Shown: in pieces, positions 54,140 to 63,424 of the stretch
Layout: each line of letters opens with the position of its first letter
How positions within the stretch are numbered: position 1 is the stretch's first letter
From: an uncultured Candidatus Peribacteria bacterium
GTDB taxonomy: Bacteria; Patescibacteriota; Gracilibacteria; UM-FILTER-43-11
Length of the DNA: 64,000 bases
NCBI GenBank assembly: GCA_964458485.1
Contig: CAYWJA010000003.1
Span: 30,524-94,523, forward strand
Direction of reading: 5' to 3'
Position numbers and translations under genes: made by a program
Notes under the pieces: generated by a model
Database searches by the model: none
Told to the model about the DNA's origin: nothing
The model's input: the letters and a program-made list of their open reading frames with translations, nothing else

Positions 54140-55591
54140 TTATAATTCACGTTCATCATCTGAATCCTTATCCGGTGTGCTTGAATCTGCTAAAGGTATG
54201 TCTTTTTTTGCGGCAGTAGAATGAGGTTCTGTAGAACTAGCACGACCTGCTCCTATCCTTCTTTCGGCTGCTGACTGTGTAAGCAAAGCAACGGCGGGGT
54301 TAAGATAAGCTTGAGTTTCTAATTTTAATTTATCTATTTCTACACCTAAAAAATTACTAAAAACAGCATCAATATAAGCTTTTAATGGCATTCCAACTGG
54401 CATTTGTATGCTCCATTTAAGCTTTCTCCATCTTGCCTTAGTAATCAATTCTTTTATAACTGGATCATATAACTCTTGGTGATGAGTAAAAAGTGTATCT
54501 AAGTATTCCTCTACTCCCTCGGCCTCAGTAAAAATTCTTGAAGGATGTGCAATTTGTGGTGCATCAAGGTCAAGGCCTACCGGAGATATTGCTGTAGATA
54601 ACAACTCATCGTCATTGTTGTGCATTATATGAGATGCCTCAGCCTCTCCTTGAAGATACTGCTCCTCCTCTTCTATTTCTTCATTTTCCAACACCCTGTG
54701 TGTAGATGGAAGAATAAGATCTCCAGATTCTTCTACGAGCCTATAATTTAATAATTTCAAAGCAATTAAATACGCTAATCCATCGCTAGGATCCTGTAGA
54801 TCTCCAACTACTTCATCGTCCAATTTTTTTGCGCACTCAATTAAACGATTATAAGCTCTTGGTGATAAACCTTCATCTACTTCTTTTAATAAACGATAAA
54901 TTGGTGTTGTGCCTGGTCTTTTCTTAACCTTCATGAGGATCAAAGCAATTAAAAGTGCAGGCTCTGTCCTTGGGAACAAGTCTAATTTCTCAACGCCTAA
55001 TAAACCTACTAATACATCATAAATATCACGATTTCCCAACATTTCTGTATACCGCATTCCAATTATTAATTGTTCGCGTGTTGACAGTGTTCCAAACTTT
55101 CTGCCAATAAAAGTTCTTCTAAAAGATGCAAGAGCTTTATTTGCAGAAAACTTTCTTGCACTTCTGTCCGCACTTACTGCCTTAATTAAAATACTAAACA
55201 CTTCTGCTATCAACTGAGGCCTTGCATCCACATCAAAAGAGCTTTCCATAAGACCTGGCATTCCTTTTGTCATGCCATCTATAACTCTAAATGGATCTTC
55301 TCCAAGTGTACTTTGAACACCTCTTCTTTGAGTCAATGAAACACTAACTGCACCGGGGGTCTTTTTGTCTGCCTCAGTGCCATGTTCTGATGACTCTGGA
55401 ATTGCAGTCTCTTTTGATTCTACCATACCTGAATCTTTAGGCTGTGATAGATCTTCTGGTGCACTAGCTCCAGATTCATCTTGTTCAGGTGTCATTTTTA
55501 ATAAATCACCTACTTCAGAACGCTTTATTTCTGCACTTGGCGCTTGTGCTTGTGCAGGGTCTTTAGGCCCTTTTGGAGTGTTGGAAGGCAT
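54140..55591 (-). CDS. Orphan protein, 483 aa, with disordered acidic/Pro-rich N-terminal ~100 aa
   Basis: Uninterrupted ORF. First gene of a two-gene minus-strand unit. Confidence 0.65.
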   Translation of the reverse strand: MPSNTPKGPKDPAQAQAPSAEIKRSEVGDLLKMTPEQDESGASAPEDLSQPKDSGMVESKETAIPESSEHGTEADKKTPGAVSVSLTQRRGVQSTLGEDPFRVIDGMTKGMPGLMESSFDVDARPQLIAEVFSILIKAVSADRSARKFSANKALASFRRTFIGRKFGTLSTREQLIIGMRYTEMLGNRDIYDVLVGLLGVEKLDLFPRTEPALLIALILMKVKKRPGTTPIYRLLKEVDEGLSPRAYNRLIECAKKLDDEVVGDLQDPSDGLAYLIALKLLNYRLVEESGDLILPSTHRVLENEEIEEEEQYLQGEAEASHIMHNNDDELLSTAISPVGLDLDAPQIAHPSRIFTEAEGVEEYLDTLFTHHQELYDPVIKELITKARWRKLKWSIQMPVGMPLKAYIDAVFSNFLGVEIDKLKLETQAYLNPAVALLTQSAAERRIGAGRASSTEPHSTAAKKDIPLADSSTPDKDSDDEREL

Positions 55592-55675
55592 AATATTTTG
55601 ATTAATTTTATAAAGATGGATTCTACTTTATACTATTTTTATTTACTTGTCAATAAAAAAATTACAAGGCTTTAT

Positions 55676-55717
55676 ATTACAAGAATTACAAAAATTAATC
55701 TTTGTAATTCTTGTAAT
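55676..55717. repeat. Perfect 17-bp inverted repeat ATTACAAGAATTACAAA-N8-TTTGTAATTCTTGTAAT in a divergent promoter region
   Basis: Read directly. ATTACAAG also occurs at 55661. Confidence 0.9.
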
Positions 55718-55768
55718 AGTCATTTTACGTATGTAATATAATGATTGTAATCTTTATAATCAACAACC

Positions 55769-57502
55769 ATGAAGAAGAAAGAGCTCCTAAAAAAAATCAT
55801 AGAGCATAAGAGTAAAAAGAAGAAAAGTGTTGTGATTCTAGACAGAGTCCTCTACATAATACTTGGAATTGGAGGCTTATTGATGCTTACTTTTATTGCA
55901 TATTTTTTATGGTTTTATGCAACAAATAAAAGCATTACGCACTTTCTTCCTGCACAAAAAACTGTAGCTTATTTTGAACTGGAAAATGCATCACTCCCAC
56001 CAAAATTAAATCAAAATATTATTAATAATTTATTAAATTTTAACCCCTTAATTCAAAAAAATCTGAAAGGCTTTCAGAATATTATACAAGGTAGATTTGG
56101 AGTATCTTTCATACAGGGAAAAAATAAGAAAAATGATTTAATTTTATTTTTTAGAAAATATAGTAAGAAAAAAACATTAAAATACTTTAAAAAATTAGGA
56201 TTAAAAAATGAAATTTTACAAATTAAAGATGGTATTTATTCATATCCGCAAAGCCAGTCGTTTGTATTCAGCTTTGTTGGCCCATATGTTTTTGCTGCAA
56301 AAAATGCAGATGCCCTACAAACGATTAAATCTGTATATAAAAAAAATATAACCAGCCTTAAAGATAATAAGGATTATCAAAAAACACTATCTAATCTACC
56401 TAAATATACATGGGGTAAGGGGTATCTGGATTTAAAATTACTGGCATCAAATTCTGCTGATCCTATAAGCCAGATAGCTGATCCGCTTAAGTATATTGTT
56501 AACCATTTTGCATTAACTATACGCAAGCAACCAAATGGGTTTCATTTTAATACATTAACTTCTGTTAATCCCAAACTACTTCCTAATCAAAAAGGCTATA
56601 CCGATACAAGTTTATTTACATATAAGTTAGCCGATTTTATAGGTGTAAAAAATACAGCTATATATATAGGTGGTGCTAATTTAGGTGATGAATGGGAAAA
56701 TACGTTAAAAACAATAAGTGGTTTAAACCCTGCATATGGTGTAATTCTGGAGGGAATGCTTAGGGCTAAGATTAATAAAATCTTCGGTGATACTGTAAGT
56801 TTGCGGAATGATATTTATCCATTACTGGATAACGAATATGCGCTCTCTATAGAAAGACTTCAGATTTCAGATGTCGGAATCCAGGATCAGCCTGAAAATA
56901 AATCAAAATTACCCAAAATACCAAAGTCCAATATCCAAAATAGCTTAGGGATAAAATTAATATTAAGCCATTCAGATAAAAAATTTACGGAGGTAAAAAT
57001 GAAGAAATTGTTAAGAGGATTTAGGCTTCTTGCCGCGCAATTTGCGCCAAAGCTGAAAATATTAAAACTTCCAGGTGACAAGATTAATAAGGAGCTTGTC
57101 GCAGAGACTTCACAAATAAAAGAAGCTAGTACAAATTATAAAAACTATATAATTAACTGTCTTGATGTTACAAACTCGCTATATGGCTTTTGCTATTTGG
57201 TTACAGATACTCTGCTTATAATTGCAACTAATGCCAGTTCAATAGAAGAAACTATAGATCTTGGCACAAATCAAACCAATGCCTTGTCTCAATCTAAATC
57301 ATTTAAACAAATTTTAGGTAAACTTAGCTCTATTAGTGATGAAATTACCTTTGTCAATTTTGAAAATATGAATAAGCTTATTGGGAATATAGATATTAGT
57401 GCAGTAATTAGTAATCCTTTTACTTCATTTGATTCCTCGGCATGGGTTAAACATTATTTTAAAGATGGAGTATCTTCAGAGGGATATCTTTTGATGAAGT
57501 GA
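55769..57502 (+). CDS. N-terminally membrane-anchored protein of unknown function (577 aa)
   Basis: Lys-rich N-terminus, then TM VLYIILGIGGLLMLTFIAYFLWF, then a large extracytoplasmic region. Confidence 0.65.
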   Translation: MKKKELLKKIIEHKSKKKKSVVILDRVLYIILGIGGLLMLTFIAYFLWFYATNKSITHFLPAQKTVAYFELENASLPPKLNQNIINNLLNFNPLIQKNLKGFQNIIQGRFGVSFIQGKNKKNDLILFFRKYSKKKTLKYFKKLGLKNEILQIKDGIYSYPQSQSFVFSFVGPYVFAAKNADALQTIKSVYKKNITSLKDNKDYQKTLSNLPKYTWGKGYLDLKLLASNSADPISQIADPLKYIVNHFALTIRKQPNGFHFNTLTSVNPKLLPNQKGYTDTSLFTYKLADFIGVKNTAIYIGGANLGDEWENTLKTISGLNPAYGVILEGMLRAKINKIFGDTVSLRNDIYPLLDNEYALSIERLQISDVGIQDQPENKSKLPKIPKSNIQNSLGIKLILSHSDKKFTEVKMKKLLRGFRLLAAQFAPKLKILKLPGDKINKELVAETSQIKEASTNYKNYIINCLDVTNSLYGFCYLVTDTLLIIATNASSIEETIDLGTNQTNALSQSKSFKQILGKLSSISDEITFVNFENMNKLIGNIDISAVISNPFTSFDSSAWVKHYFKDGVSSEGYLLMK

Positions 57503-57569
57503 CGAGTGCAAGTGCGAGTCACAAGGTCTACTAACCCGCTACTTGAGACTGGCACTTGCACTTGAGACT
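57500..57569. repeat. CTTGAGAC-family hairpin
   Basis: TGACGAGTGCAAGTGCGAGTCACAAGG...CTTGAGACTGGCACTTGCACTTGAGACTA. Confidence 0.75.
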
Positions 57570-57578
57570 AAAAAAATA

Positions 57579-57606
57579 TTGACACCACGTCGAACATTGC
57601 TAGAAT
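57579..57606 (+). promoter_or_regulatory. Sigma70-like groESL promoter
   Basis: TTGACA, 16 nt, then TAGAAT. Confidence 0.65.
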
Positions 57607-57609
57607 GGA

Positions 57610-57637
57610 TTGGCACTCAAATAGTTGAAGTGCTAGC
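57610..57637 (+). promoter_or_regulatory. CIRCE-like HrcA operator
   Basis: TTGGCACTC-N9-AAGTGCTAG versus the consensus TTAGCACTC-N9-GAGTGCTAA. Lies immediately after the -10 element. Confidence 0.7.
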
Positions 57638-57661
57638 TTTTTATCATCTAATCAATCAATC

Positions 57662-57952
57662 ATGAATATACAACCATTAAACGGTTATGTGGTCATTAAA
57701 CCTCTTGAGCAAGAGGAGATGACAAAAAGTGGAATTGTAATTCCCGATACTGCAAACAAAGAAAAACCCCAAGAGGGTGAAGTTGTAGCTGTGGCAAATA
57801 AAAATATAAGTTCAAATGGCACAGATCTTCCTATCGAATTAAAAGTTGGGGATAAGGTTTTATATGGCCGTTATTCCGGAGAAGATGTAAAGGTGGATGA
57901 AGTTGAATATAAAATAGTCGAGATGACCTCTGTGCGCGCTATTATTAATTGA
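57662..57952 (+). CDS. groES: Co-chaperonin GroES
   Basis: MNIQPLNGYVVIKPLEQEEMTKSGIVIPD..GDKVLYGRYSG. 96 aa. Confidence 0.95.
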   Translation: MNIQPLNGYVVIKPLEQEEMTKSGIVIPDTANKEKPQEGEVVAVANKNISSNGTDLPIELKVGDKVLYGRYSGEDVKVDEVEYKIVEMTSVRAIIN

Positions 57953-57953
57953 T

Positions 57954-58060
57954 CCAAATAGTTTCCAAATAGTTACCAGCTTCGCGTTTCCAAATAGTTG
58001 CCAATCCCGAGTTCATCGGGACTGGAAACAATCTGGAAACCATTTGGTCACTATTTGAAA
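57954..58060. repeat. CCAAATAGTTTCC-family element filling the groES-groEL spacer
   Basis: CCAAATAGTTTCCAAATAGTTACC..CGCGTTTCCAAATAGTTGCCAATCCCGAGTTCATCGGGACTGGAAACAATCTGGAAACCATTTGGTCACTATTTG. Confidence 0.85.
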
Positions 58061-58083
58061 TTTATAAACTAACCAAATTAAAA

Positions 58084-59745
58084 ATGTCTAAAACAATATT
58101 ACACGGTGACGAAGCACGTCAAAAATTACTAGATGGAATTGAACAGCTCAATAATGCTGTCCGAGTTACAATGGGGCCAAAAGGAAGAAATGTTCTTCTG
58201 GAGAAAAAGTTTGGATCACCAACAGTTACAAATGATGGCGTAACCATCGCACGAGAGATTGAACTTGAGGATCCAAATGAAAATATGGGTGCTCAAATGG
58301 TTAAAGAAGTTGCTAATAAAACCAATGATGTTGCCGGTGACGGTACAACTACAGCAACTGTTATGGCTCATGCAATCATAAAAGAAGGTATGCACCATAT
58401 TACAACAAATAAGGTTAACCCTATGTTGCTTAAAAAGGGTATTGAAGAAGCTGTAAAAACCGTTGTGGATGAATTGGATAAAATGAGAAAAGATATTAAA
58501 TCTAAGGAAGAAATGGCACAGGTTGCCACTATCTCTGCACAAAACCCTGAAGTTGGTGATTTGATTGCTGAAGTTTTTGAAAAAATAGGCGGAGAAGGTG
58601 TAGTACAAGTAGAGGAAGGTCAAACTATGGGGCTTTCTATCGATATGGTAGAAGGTATGCAGTTTGATAATGGCTATATTTCTCCTTACATGATTACAGA
58701 TACCGCAAGAATGGAAGCAGTGTTTGATGATGCACATATTCTTTTAACTGATTCAAAAGTATCTAATATCAAAGAAATCCTTCCACTTCTTGAAGCTATG
58801 GCTCAAGCAGGTAAAAAGAATTTAGTAATTATTGCTGAAGATATTGATGGTGAAGCTCTCGCTACATTGGTAGTTAATAAACTCCGAGGTACTTTTAATA
58901 CTCTTGCTATCAAAGCTCCTGGCTTTGGTGACAGAAGAAAGGCGAGCTTACAGGATATCGCAATTCTTACTGGCGGACGAGTTATTAGCCAAGAGGTTGG
59001 ATTAAAGCTCGAAAACGCAACAATGGAAGATCTTGGAACTGCCCGTAAAGTTGTTTCCGGCAAAGATCATACAACAGTAGTTGAAGGTAAAGGCAGAAGT
59101 GAAGCTATAAAAACCAGAGTTGAACAAATAAAGATGGAATTAAGTAATTCTACTTCTGATTTTGATAAAGAAAAGCTGCAAGAAAGACTTGCTAAGCTTA
59201 CGGGCGGAGTTGCTGTAATTAAAGTAGGTGCCGCTACAGAAATTGAGCTAAAGGAAAAGAAACATCGTATCGAAGATGCACTTTCTGCAACACGTGCTGC
59301 TATGGAAGAAGGTGTAGTTATTGGTGGTGGCGCTGCGCTTTTGCAAGCCAGCTTAAAAATTAATCCGGATAAATACGAAAATGAAGCTGAAAAACTTGGT
59401 GCTGAGATTGTAAAAGGTGCACTTGCCTACCCTTCAAATCAGATCGCTGAAAATGCCGGTGTTGACGGTGCAACTGTTCAAAATAAATTAATTGAAGCAT
59501 GGAGTAAGGATAAAAATACTGGTTACGATGCCAATTCATCGATCAATGATCCACTTTATACGGATATGTTCAAAGCTGGTATTATTGATCCCAAAAAAGT
59601 TACACGTAGTGCATTACAAAATGCAGCTAGTGTTGCAGCAATGTTCCTAACTACAGAAACTGCAGTTTCTGAAATTCCTAAAGATGAACCAGCTATGCCT
59701 GCTATGCCAGGAGGTGGAATGCCAGGCATGGGGGGGATGATGTAG
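58084..59745 (+). CDS. groEL: Chaperonin GroEL
   Basis: [22 protein letters not shown] and a C-terminal [10 protein letters not shown] tail. Confidence 0.97.
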   Translation: MSKTILHGDEARQKLLDGIEQLNNAVRVTMGPKGRNVLLEKKFGSPTVTNDGVTIAREIELEDPNENMGAQMVKEVANKTNDVAGDGTTTATVMAHAIIKEGMHHITTNKVNPMLLKKGIEEAVKTVVDELDKMRKDIKSKEEMAQVATISAQNPEVGDLIAEVFEKIGGEGVVQVEEGQTMGLSIDMVEGMQFDNGYISPYMITDTARMEAVFDDAHILLTDSKVSNIKEILPLLEAMAQAGKKNLVIIAEDIDGEALATLVVNKLRGTFNTLAIKAPGFGDRRKASLQDIAILTGGRVISQEVGLKLENATMEDLGTARKVVSGKDHTTVVEGKGRSEAIKTRVEQIKMELSNSTSDFDKEKLQERLAKLTGGVAVIKVGAATEIELKEKKHRIEDALSATRAAMEEGVVIGGGAALLQASLKINPDKYENEAEKLGAEIVKGALAYPSNQIAENAGVDGATVQNKLIEAWSKDKNTGYDANSSINDPLYTDMFKAGIIDPKKVTRSALQNAASVAAMFLTTETAVSEIPKDEPAMPAMPGGGMPGMGGMM

Positions 59746-59750
59746 GTACT

Positions 59751-59777
59751 CTGAAAACCTTTAAAAAAGGTTTTCAG
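59751..59777 (+). terminator. Hairpin just after groEL
   Basis: CTGAAAACCTTT-AAA-AAAGGTTTTCAG, a perfect 12-bp stem with no clear T-tract. Confidence 0.5.
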
Positions 59778-60103
59778 CCTTTCCCAAATATCTGTCTTCG
59801 CTCTACAGAAAGTTCGCTTTGCTTCGATTTTTTTAGCTTCGGGGCCCACCGAAGGATACCCAAAACTAAAAAAATTCTACACATGCTCACTTTCTTATGA
59901 GCTCACTTATTTTATATTTTCCGAAAACCTTTAAAAACTAAGCCGCTTATCATAAATTGAATGGGCGGTTTTTGGAATTAAAATTTGTTGAACGACCGCC
60001 TGGAGTGAACCAGGCGGCCGCTTGTTGCGAGTTGGACATCAGCCTTCCTGAAGCACGGGGTATCCGGGCTTAGGTGACTACTGCCACAGTGGTTGTCCTG
60101 CCA

Positions 60104-61153
60104 TTACTTCCTCTTCCCCTTCTTCTTCTTCTCCTTCTTCTTCTCCTTCTTCTGCACGACCTCCTGTATGAACATGGGGCCACCCATATACATTATACCT
60201 CTGGTCACCGGCGCTCCCATGATGAATGGCCAGGACGACGGATTGATCTTCTTTGCGTTAAACGGGATCCTTTGGGCGGGGCGTATGGTGAAGATTACAC
60301 CGCTCGTGCCGTTCGTGATGTAAGCCATGAAAGACTTCTGCTTCATGAATCGGTCCGACTCGGTGTCGATGGTGAAGGTTCGATCGTAGATGCGGAGGCT
60401 GTAAATCTTGGGGTCGAGCCTGTAGGTCTTCATGCCCCCCATACGGCCGTGGTGCTCTAGCCTGACGGACTTCCTGGGCTTGGCCTTCTTGAGGTAGAAG
60501 TCATTCTTCTTGCCGAAGTAGTACCTCTTGTCATTCATGTGGAAGTAGGTGTAGACGAACTTCTTGCTGCTGGTGGGGTGCTTGATCTGGACCACGTTGT
60601 CGAAAACCCTGAGGCCGACAGCACCTTGGCGCAGCTTAAGCCCATCCTCCTCCTTTTTAGCATCCGAGATGTAGCGGTTGTGGTACTGCCAGTCGCCCTT
60701 CTTGTAGATAAGGAGCCCTGCGAACTTGTTGGAGTTGTCCTTGGGGCGCAAGGAGTAGATCATGGTCTGGCCGTTGGGGTACAGCACGGGCTTGGTGCCG
60801 TCGATGCGGTACTCCTCGGACCAGACGAGGGCGTGGTACCACACTCCGTTGAAAATGGCAACCTTCGACCCCTTACTGGAAGAGGTAAGCAGGAAGATGC
60901 TCCTCGTCCTCTTATCCTGGACCAGCCCGTTGAAGATCGCGGCCTCCAGGCCGTGCATGATGGGGCGTTTCTTGTACCCATCCGCAGAGTTTCCGATGTA
61001 GCTAGGGACACCCTTGGAGAGGGAGAAATGCACCGACTCGTCGCCGAGCTCGAAGCTGAAGTCCGCGGCGTAGCCGGAACCGGCGTAGGTGGGTGCGGTG
61101 CCCAGGAGGACAACCGCAAAAAGGGTGAATGCAATCAACTTTCGATAACTCAC
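60104..61153 (-). CDS. Secreted protein of unknown function encoded by a compositionally foreign high-GC gene
   Basis: 349-aa ORF. GTG start preceded by GGAGG with a 7-nt spacer. Signal peptide ..LLGTAPTYAGS. Lys/Glu tail QKKEKKKEKKKKGKRK. G/C-ending codons, unlike all neighbours. Confidence 0.75.
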   Translation of the reverse strand: MSYRKLIAFTLFAVVLLGTAPTYAGSGYAADFSFELGDESVHFSLSKGVPSYIGNSADGYKKRPIMHGLEAAIFNGLVQDKRTRSIFLLTSSSKGSKVAIFNGVWYHALVWSEEYRIDGTKPVLYPNGQTMIYSLRPKDNSNKFAGLLIYKKGDWQYHNRYISDAKKEEDGLKLRQGAVGLRVFDNVVQIKHPTSSKKFVYTYFHMNDKRYYFGKKNDFYLKKAKPRKSVRLEHHGRMGGMKTYRLDPKIYSLRIYDRTFTIDTESDRFMKQKSFMAYITNGTSGVIFTIRPAQRIPFNAKKINPSSWPFIMGAPVTRGIMYMGGPMFIQEVVQKKEKKKEKKKKGKRK

Positions 61154-61201
61154 TTCAACACCTCCATGGTATTGAATAATGATCGGCCAAAATTGACCCC
61201 T

Positions 61202-61252
61202 TCGAAGTCACATACTTAATATTAAATATTAAAACCAAATATGTGACTTCGA
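61202..61252. promoter_or_regulatory. Perfect 13-bp inverted repeat TCGAAGTCACATA-N25-TATGTGACTTCGA at the AT-rich edge of the GC island
   Basis: Read directly. Lies 49-99 bp upstream of the GTG start of the GC-rich gene. Confidence 0.6.
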
Positions 61253-61400
61253 GTTACTTAACAGGCAGGACATTTAGAGGTCATATAATATACCTCCAAA
61301 TCAATACCTGCTAAGAATTAATAATGTAAAAGAACATAGGATTATATATATAATACATATTTTATAATTTTGTCAACTTAAAACTCAAAAATATATTCTC

Positions 61401-61430
61401 TTGCAAGTCAATCCCAACATAGGTTAAAAT
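61401..61430 (+). promoter_or_regulatory. Sigma70-like promoter for 61461-62003
   Basis: TTGCAA, 18 nt, then TAAAAT. Confidence 0.45.
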
Positions 61431-61460
61431 ACGATCCTTTAATATATAAAATATATAATT

Positions 61461-62003
61461 ATGGTACAAGAAAAGCACAAATTAAGTGAATTATTAGATA
61501 AAAAGCTTGATATGAGCAATGTAATGGACCCTGGAGAAGTTAAGCAACTTTTCGAATTAATAAATTCTGCTGATAAATTAGAAGAAGGCTTTGCTGAAGC
61601 AGTTGCAAAGTTAATTAACACCCTTAGGACTGTAATGGGCGGAGGTATGAATAATGCAGAAGGCGATGATGGCTATATTTCAAGCTTATCTGATGGTAAT
61701 ATGCCTGGCTTTATCGTAAAGCTAACAAAAAATCCCCAAGGATTAGTGGTGCAAACAACAGACCCCGATAATGATCATTTATATAAATTGAAACTCATTG
61801 CTGACGGAGAAAGGTGTGGTATGCAATACGCATCGGAAGATGGAAAAGATGAGCCAAGTGGTGAACTTTCATTTAAAAGACTATGGACTATGGACGATGC
61901 TGGTAATTTTGCCGGCTCAACTCTTGATCATGAAGGCAGAAGTCCATTTAAAATTATCAGGCAGGAGATCGAAAGAGTGCTGGAAGAAGCTGAAGCTGCT
62001 TAA
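61461..62003 (+). CDS. Acidic hypothetical protein (180 aa)
   Basis: ORF with a sigma70-like promoter about 30 nt upstream. Confidence 0.5.
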   Translation: MVQEKHKLSELLDKKLDMSNVMDPGEVKQLFELINSADKLEEGFAEAVAKLINTLRTVMGGGMNNAEGDDGYISSLSDGNMPGFIVKLTKNPQGLVVQTTDPDNDHLYKLKLIADGERCGMQYASEDGKDEPSGELSFKRLWTMDDAGNFAGSTLDHEGRSPFKIIRQEIERVLEEAEAA

Positions 62004-62077
62004 TAATCAAATTTGCCTACGTTTCTAATTACTGGTAAGTTATTAGAGCTTATTTTTAATGAAGTGTGATTGTTAAG

Positions 62078-62109
62078 CCTTGAGACTTGAGACTCGCACT
62101 TGAGACTTA
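62078..62109. repeat. Solo arm of the CTTGAGAC family
   Basis: CCTTGAGACTTGAGACTCGCACTTGAGACTTA, close to 23966-23994. Confidence 0.7.
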
Positions 62110-62114
62110 ATTTT

Positions 62115-63410
62115 ATGATAATAACAATTAATGATGCCAAAAACCACATAGATAAAGAAGCCACCATCCAAGGCTGGATGTATAACAAACGTGGTAGTGG
62201 GAAAATTTATTTTTTACAACTTCGTGATGGTACTGGCATGATGCAGGCTGTGGCTTTTAAGGGTGACACCCCGAATAATGTAATGCAAATTGCAGATGAA
62301 CTTACCATGGAATCATCTGTAAAAGTTACTGGTAAAATTACTCAGCATCCAAAAAAAGATGATGTATTTGAGATGCAGGTAAAAGATATTGAGGTAGTAC
62401 AAATGGTTGAAGGAGAATATCCAATTAGTAAAAAGGAGCATGGGCCGGATTTTTTACTGGATAACAGGCATTTATGGCTTAGATCCGGTAAACAATGGGC
62501 AATTCAGAGAGTAAGAAATACAATTATTAATGCAACCTATGAATATTTGAATAATAATAATTTCATTAAGATTGACTCCCCTATTTTTACTCCAAATGCT
62601 TGTGAAGGAACTACTGAGCTTTTTGAAGTACCTTATTTTGAGGATGAAAGTGCATACCTTACGCAATCCGGACAGCTTTATATAGAGGCTGCAATCATGA
62701 GCCATGGCAGAGTATTTGATTTTGGCCCTGTTTTCCGGGCCGAAAAATCTAAAACAAGGCGTCATCTAACAGAATTCTGGATGATGGACGCAGAAATGGC
62801 ATTCGTAGAACACACAGGTAATATGGATATTCAAGAGGGGCTTATTTGCCATATTGTTAAAAAAGTATTGGAAATTAATAAAAAGGAATTAGAAATACTA
62901 GAGCGTGATATTGAACCACTGACAAAAATTGAAGTGCCGTTTATTCGCAAAACTCATTCAGAAGTTATAGAAGAGCTTCATAGCATGGGTTCAGATATAG
63001 GTAAAAAAGATGATCTTGGTGCAGATGATGAAACAATACTTACCAAAAAATATGACAAACCTATATTTGTTGAAAAATACCCATCTGAAGTAAAGGCTTT
63101 TTACATGAAGAGAGACCCTGAGAATGAGTCGCTGGCATTATGTTCAGATCTATTAGCACCTGAGGGTTATGGCGAGATAATAGGTGGCAGTCAACGTGAA
63201 GATGATTATGATGTCATTCTAAATAGAATAAAAGAGCATAATCTAGACCCAAAAGTATTTGAATGGTATTTGGATTTGCGAAAATACGGCTCTGTACCGC
63301 ATAGTGGGTTTGGCTATGGTCTCGAAAGGATTACTGGCTGGATTACAGGTGTAAAACACATACGCGAAACAATACCATTCCCGAGGATGCTTAGTAGGCT
63401 GACTCCTTAA
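62115..63410 (+). CDS. asnS: Asparagine--tRNA ligase
   Basis: Class IIb motifs FRAEKSKTRRHLTEFWMMDAEMAF and GFGYGLERITGW. About 430 aa. Start taken at ATG 62115; the TTG at 62100 lies in a repeat arm. Confidence 0.88.
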   Translation: MIITINDAKNHIDKEATIQGWMYNKRGSGKIYFLQLRDGTGMMQAVAFKGDTPNNVMQIADELTMESSVKVTGKITQHPKKDDVFEMQVKDIEVVQMVEGEYPISKKEHGPDFLLDNRHLWLRSGKQWAIQRVRNTIINATYEYLNNNNFIKIDSPIFTPNACEGTTELFEVPYFEDESAYLTQSGQLYIEAAIMSHGRVFDFGPVFRAEKSKTRRHLTEFWMMDAEMAFVEHTGNMDIQEGLICHIVKKVLEINKKELEILERDIEPLTKIEVPFIRKTHSEVIEELHSMGSDIGKKDDLGADDETILTKKYDKPIFVEKYPSEVKAFYMKRDPENESLALCSDLLAPEGYGEIIGGSQREDDYDVILNRIKEHNLDPKVFEWYLDLRKYGSVPHSGFGYGLERITGWITGVKHIRETIPFPRMLSRLTP

Positions 63411-63424
63411 AAAATTTTTAATTA

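Noticed and set aside
59778-59990. AT-rich 210-bp stretch between groEL and the GC island, with small hairpins (CTTCGG..CCGAAG) and a partial repeat of GAAAACCTTTAAAAA. Considered as an ncRNA or an attachment site.
   Set aside because: No recognisable RNA family and no clear direct repeat bracketing the island. Left as unexplained.
59991-61200. The GC island as a pure assembly chimera.
   Set aside because: It is a complete gene with SD, start, stop and a downstream hairpin, embedded between AT-rich sequence on both sides of one contig. This favours a real insertion, but it cannot be excluded without reads, so the check is listed under the finding.
60074-61219. Several long ORFs in other frames and on the other strand of the GC-rich island (60074-60460, 60539-61219, 60760-61134, 60657-60842).
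   Set aside because: High-GC DNA lacks stop codons in all frames. Only the 60104-61153 minus-strand frame has an SD, a signal peptide and a non-degenerate composition.
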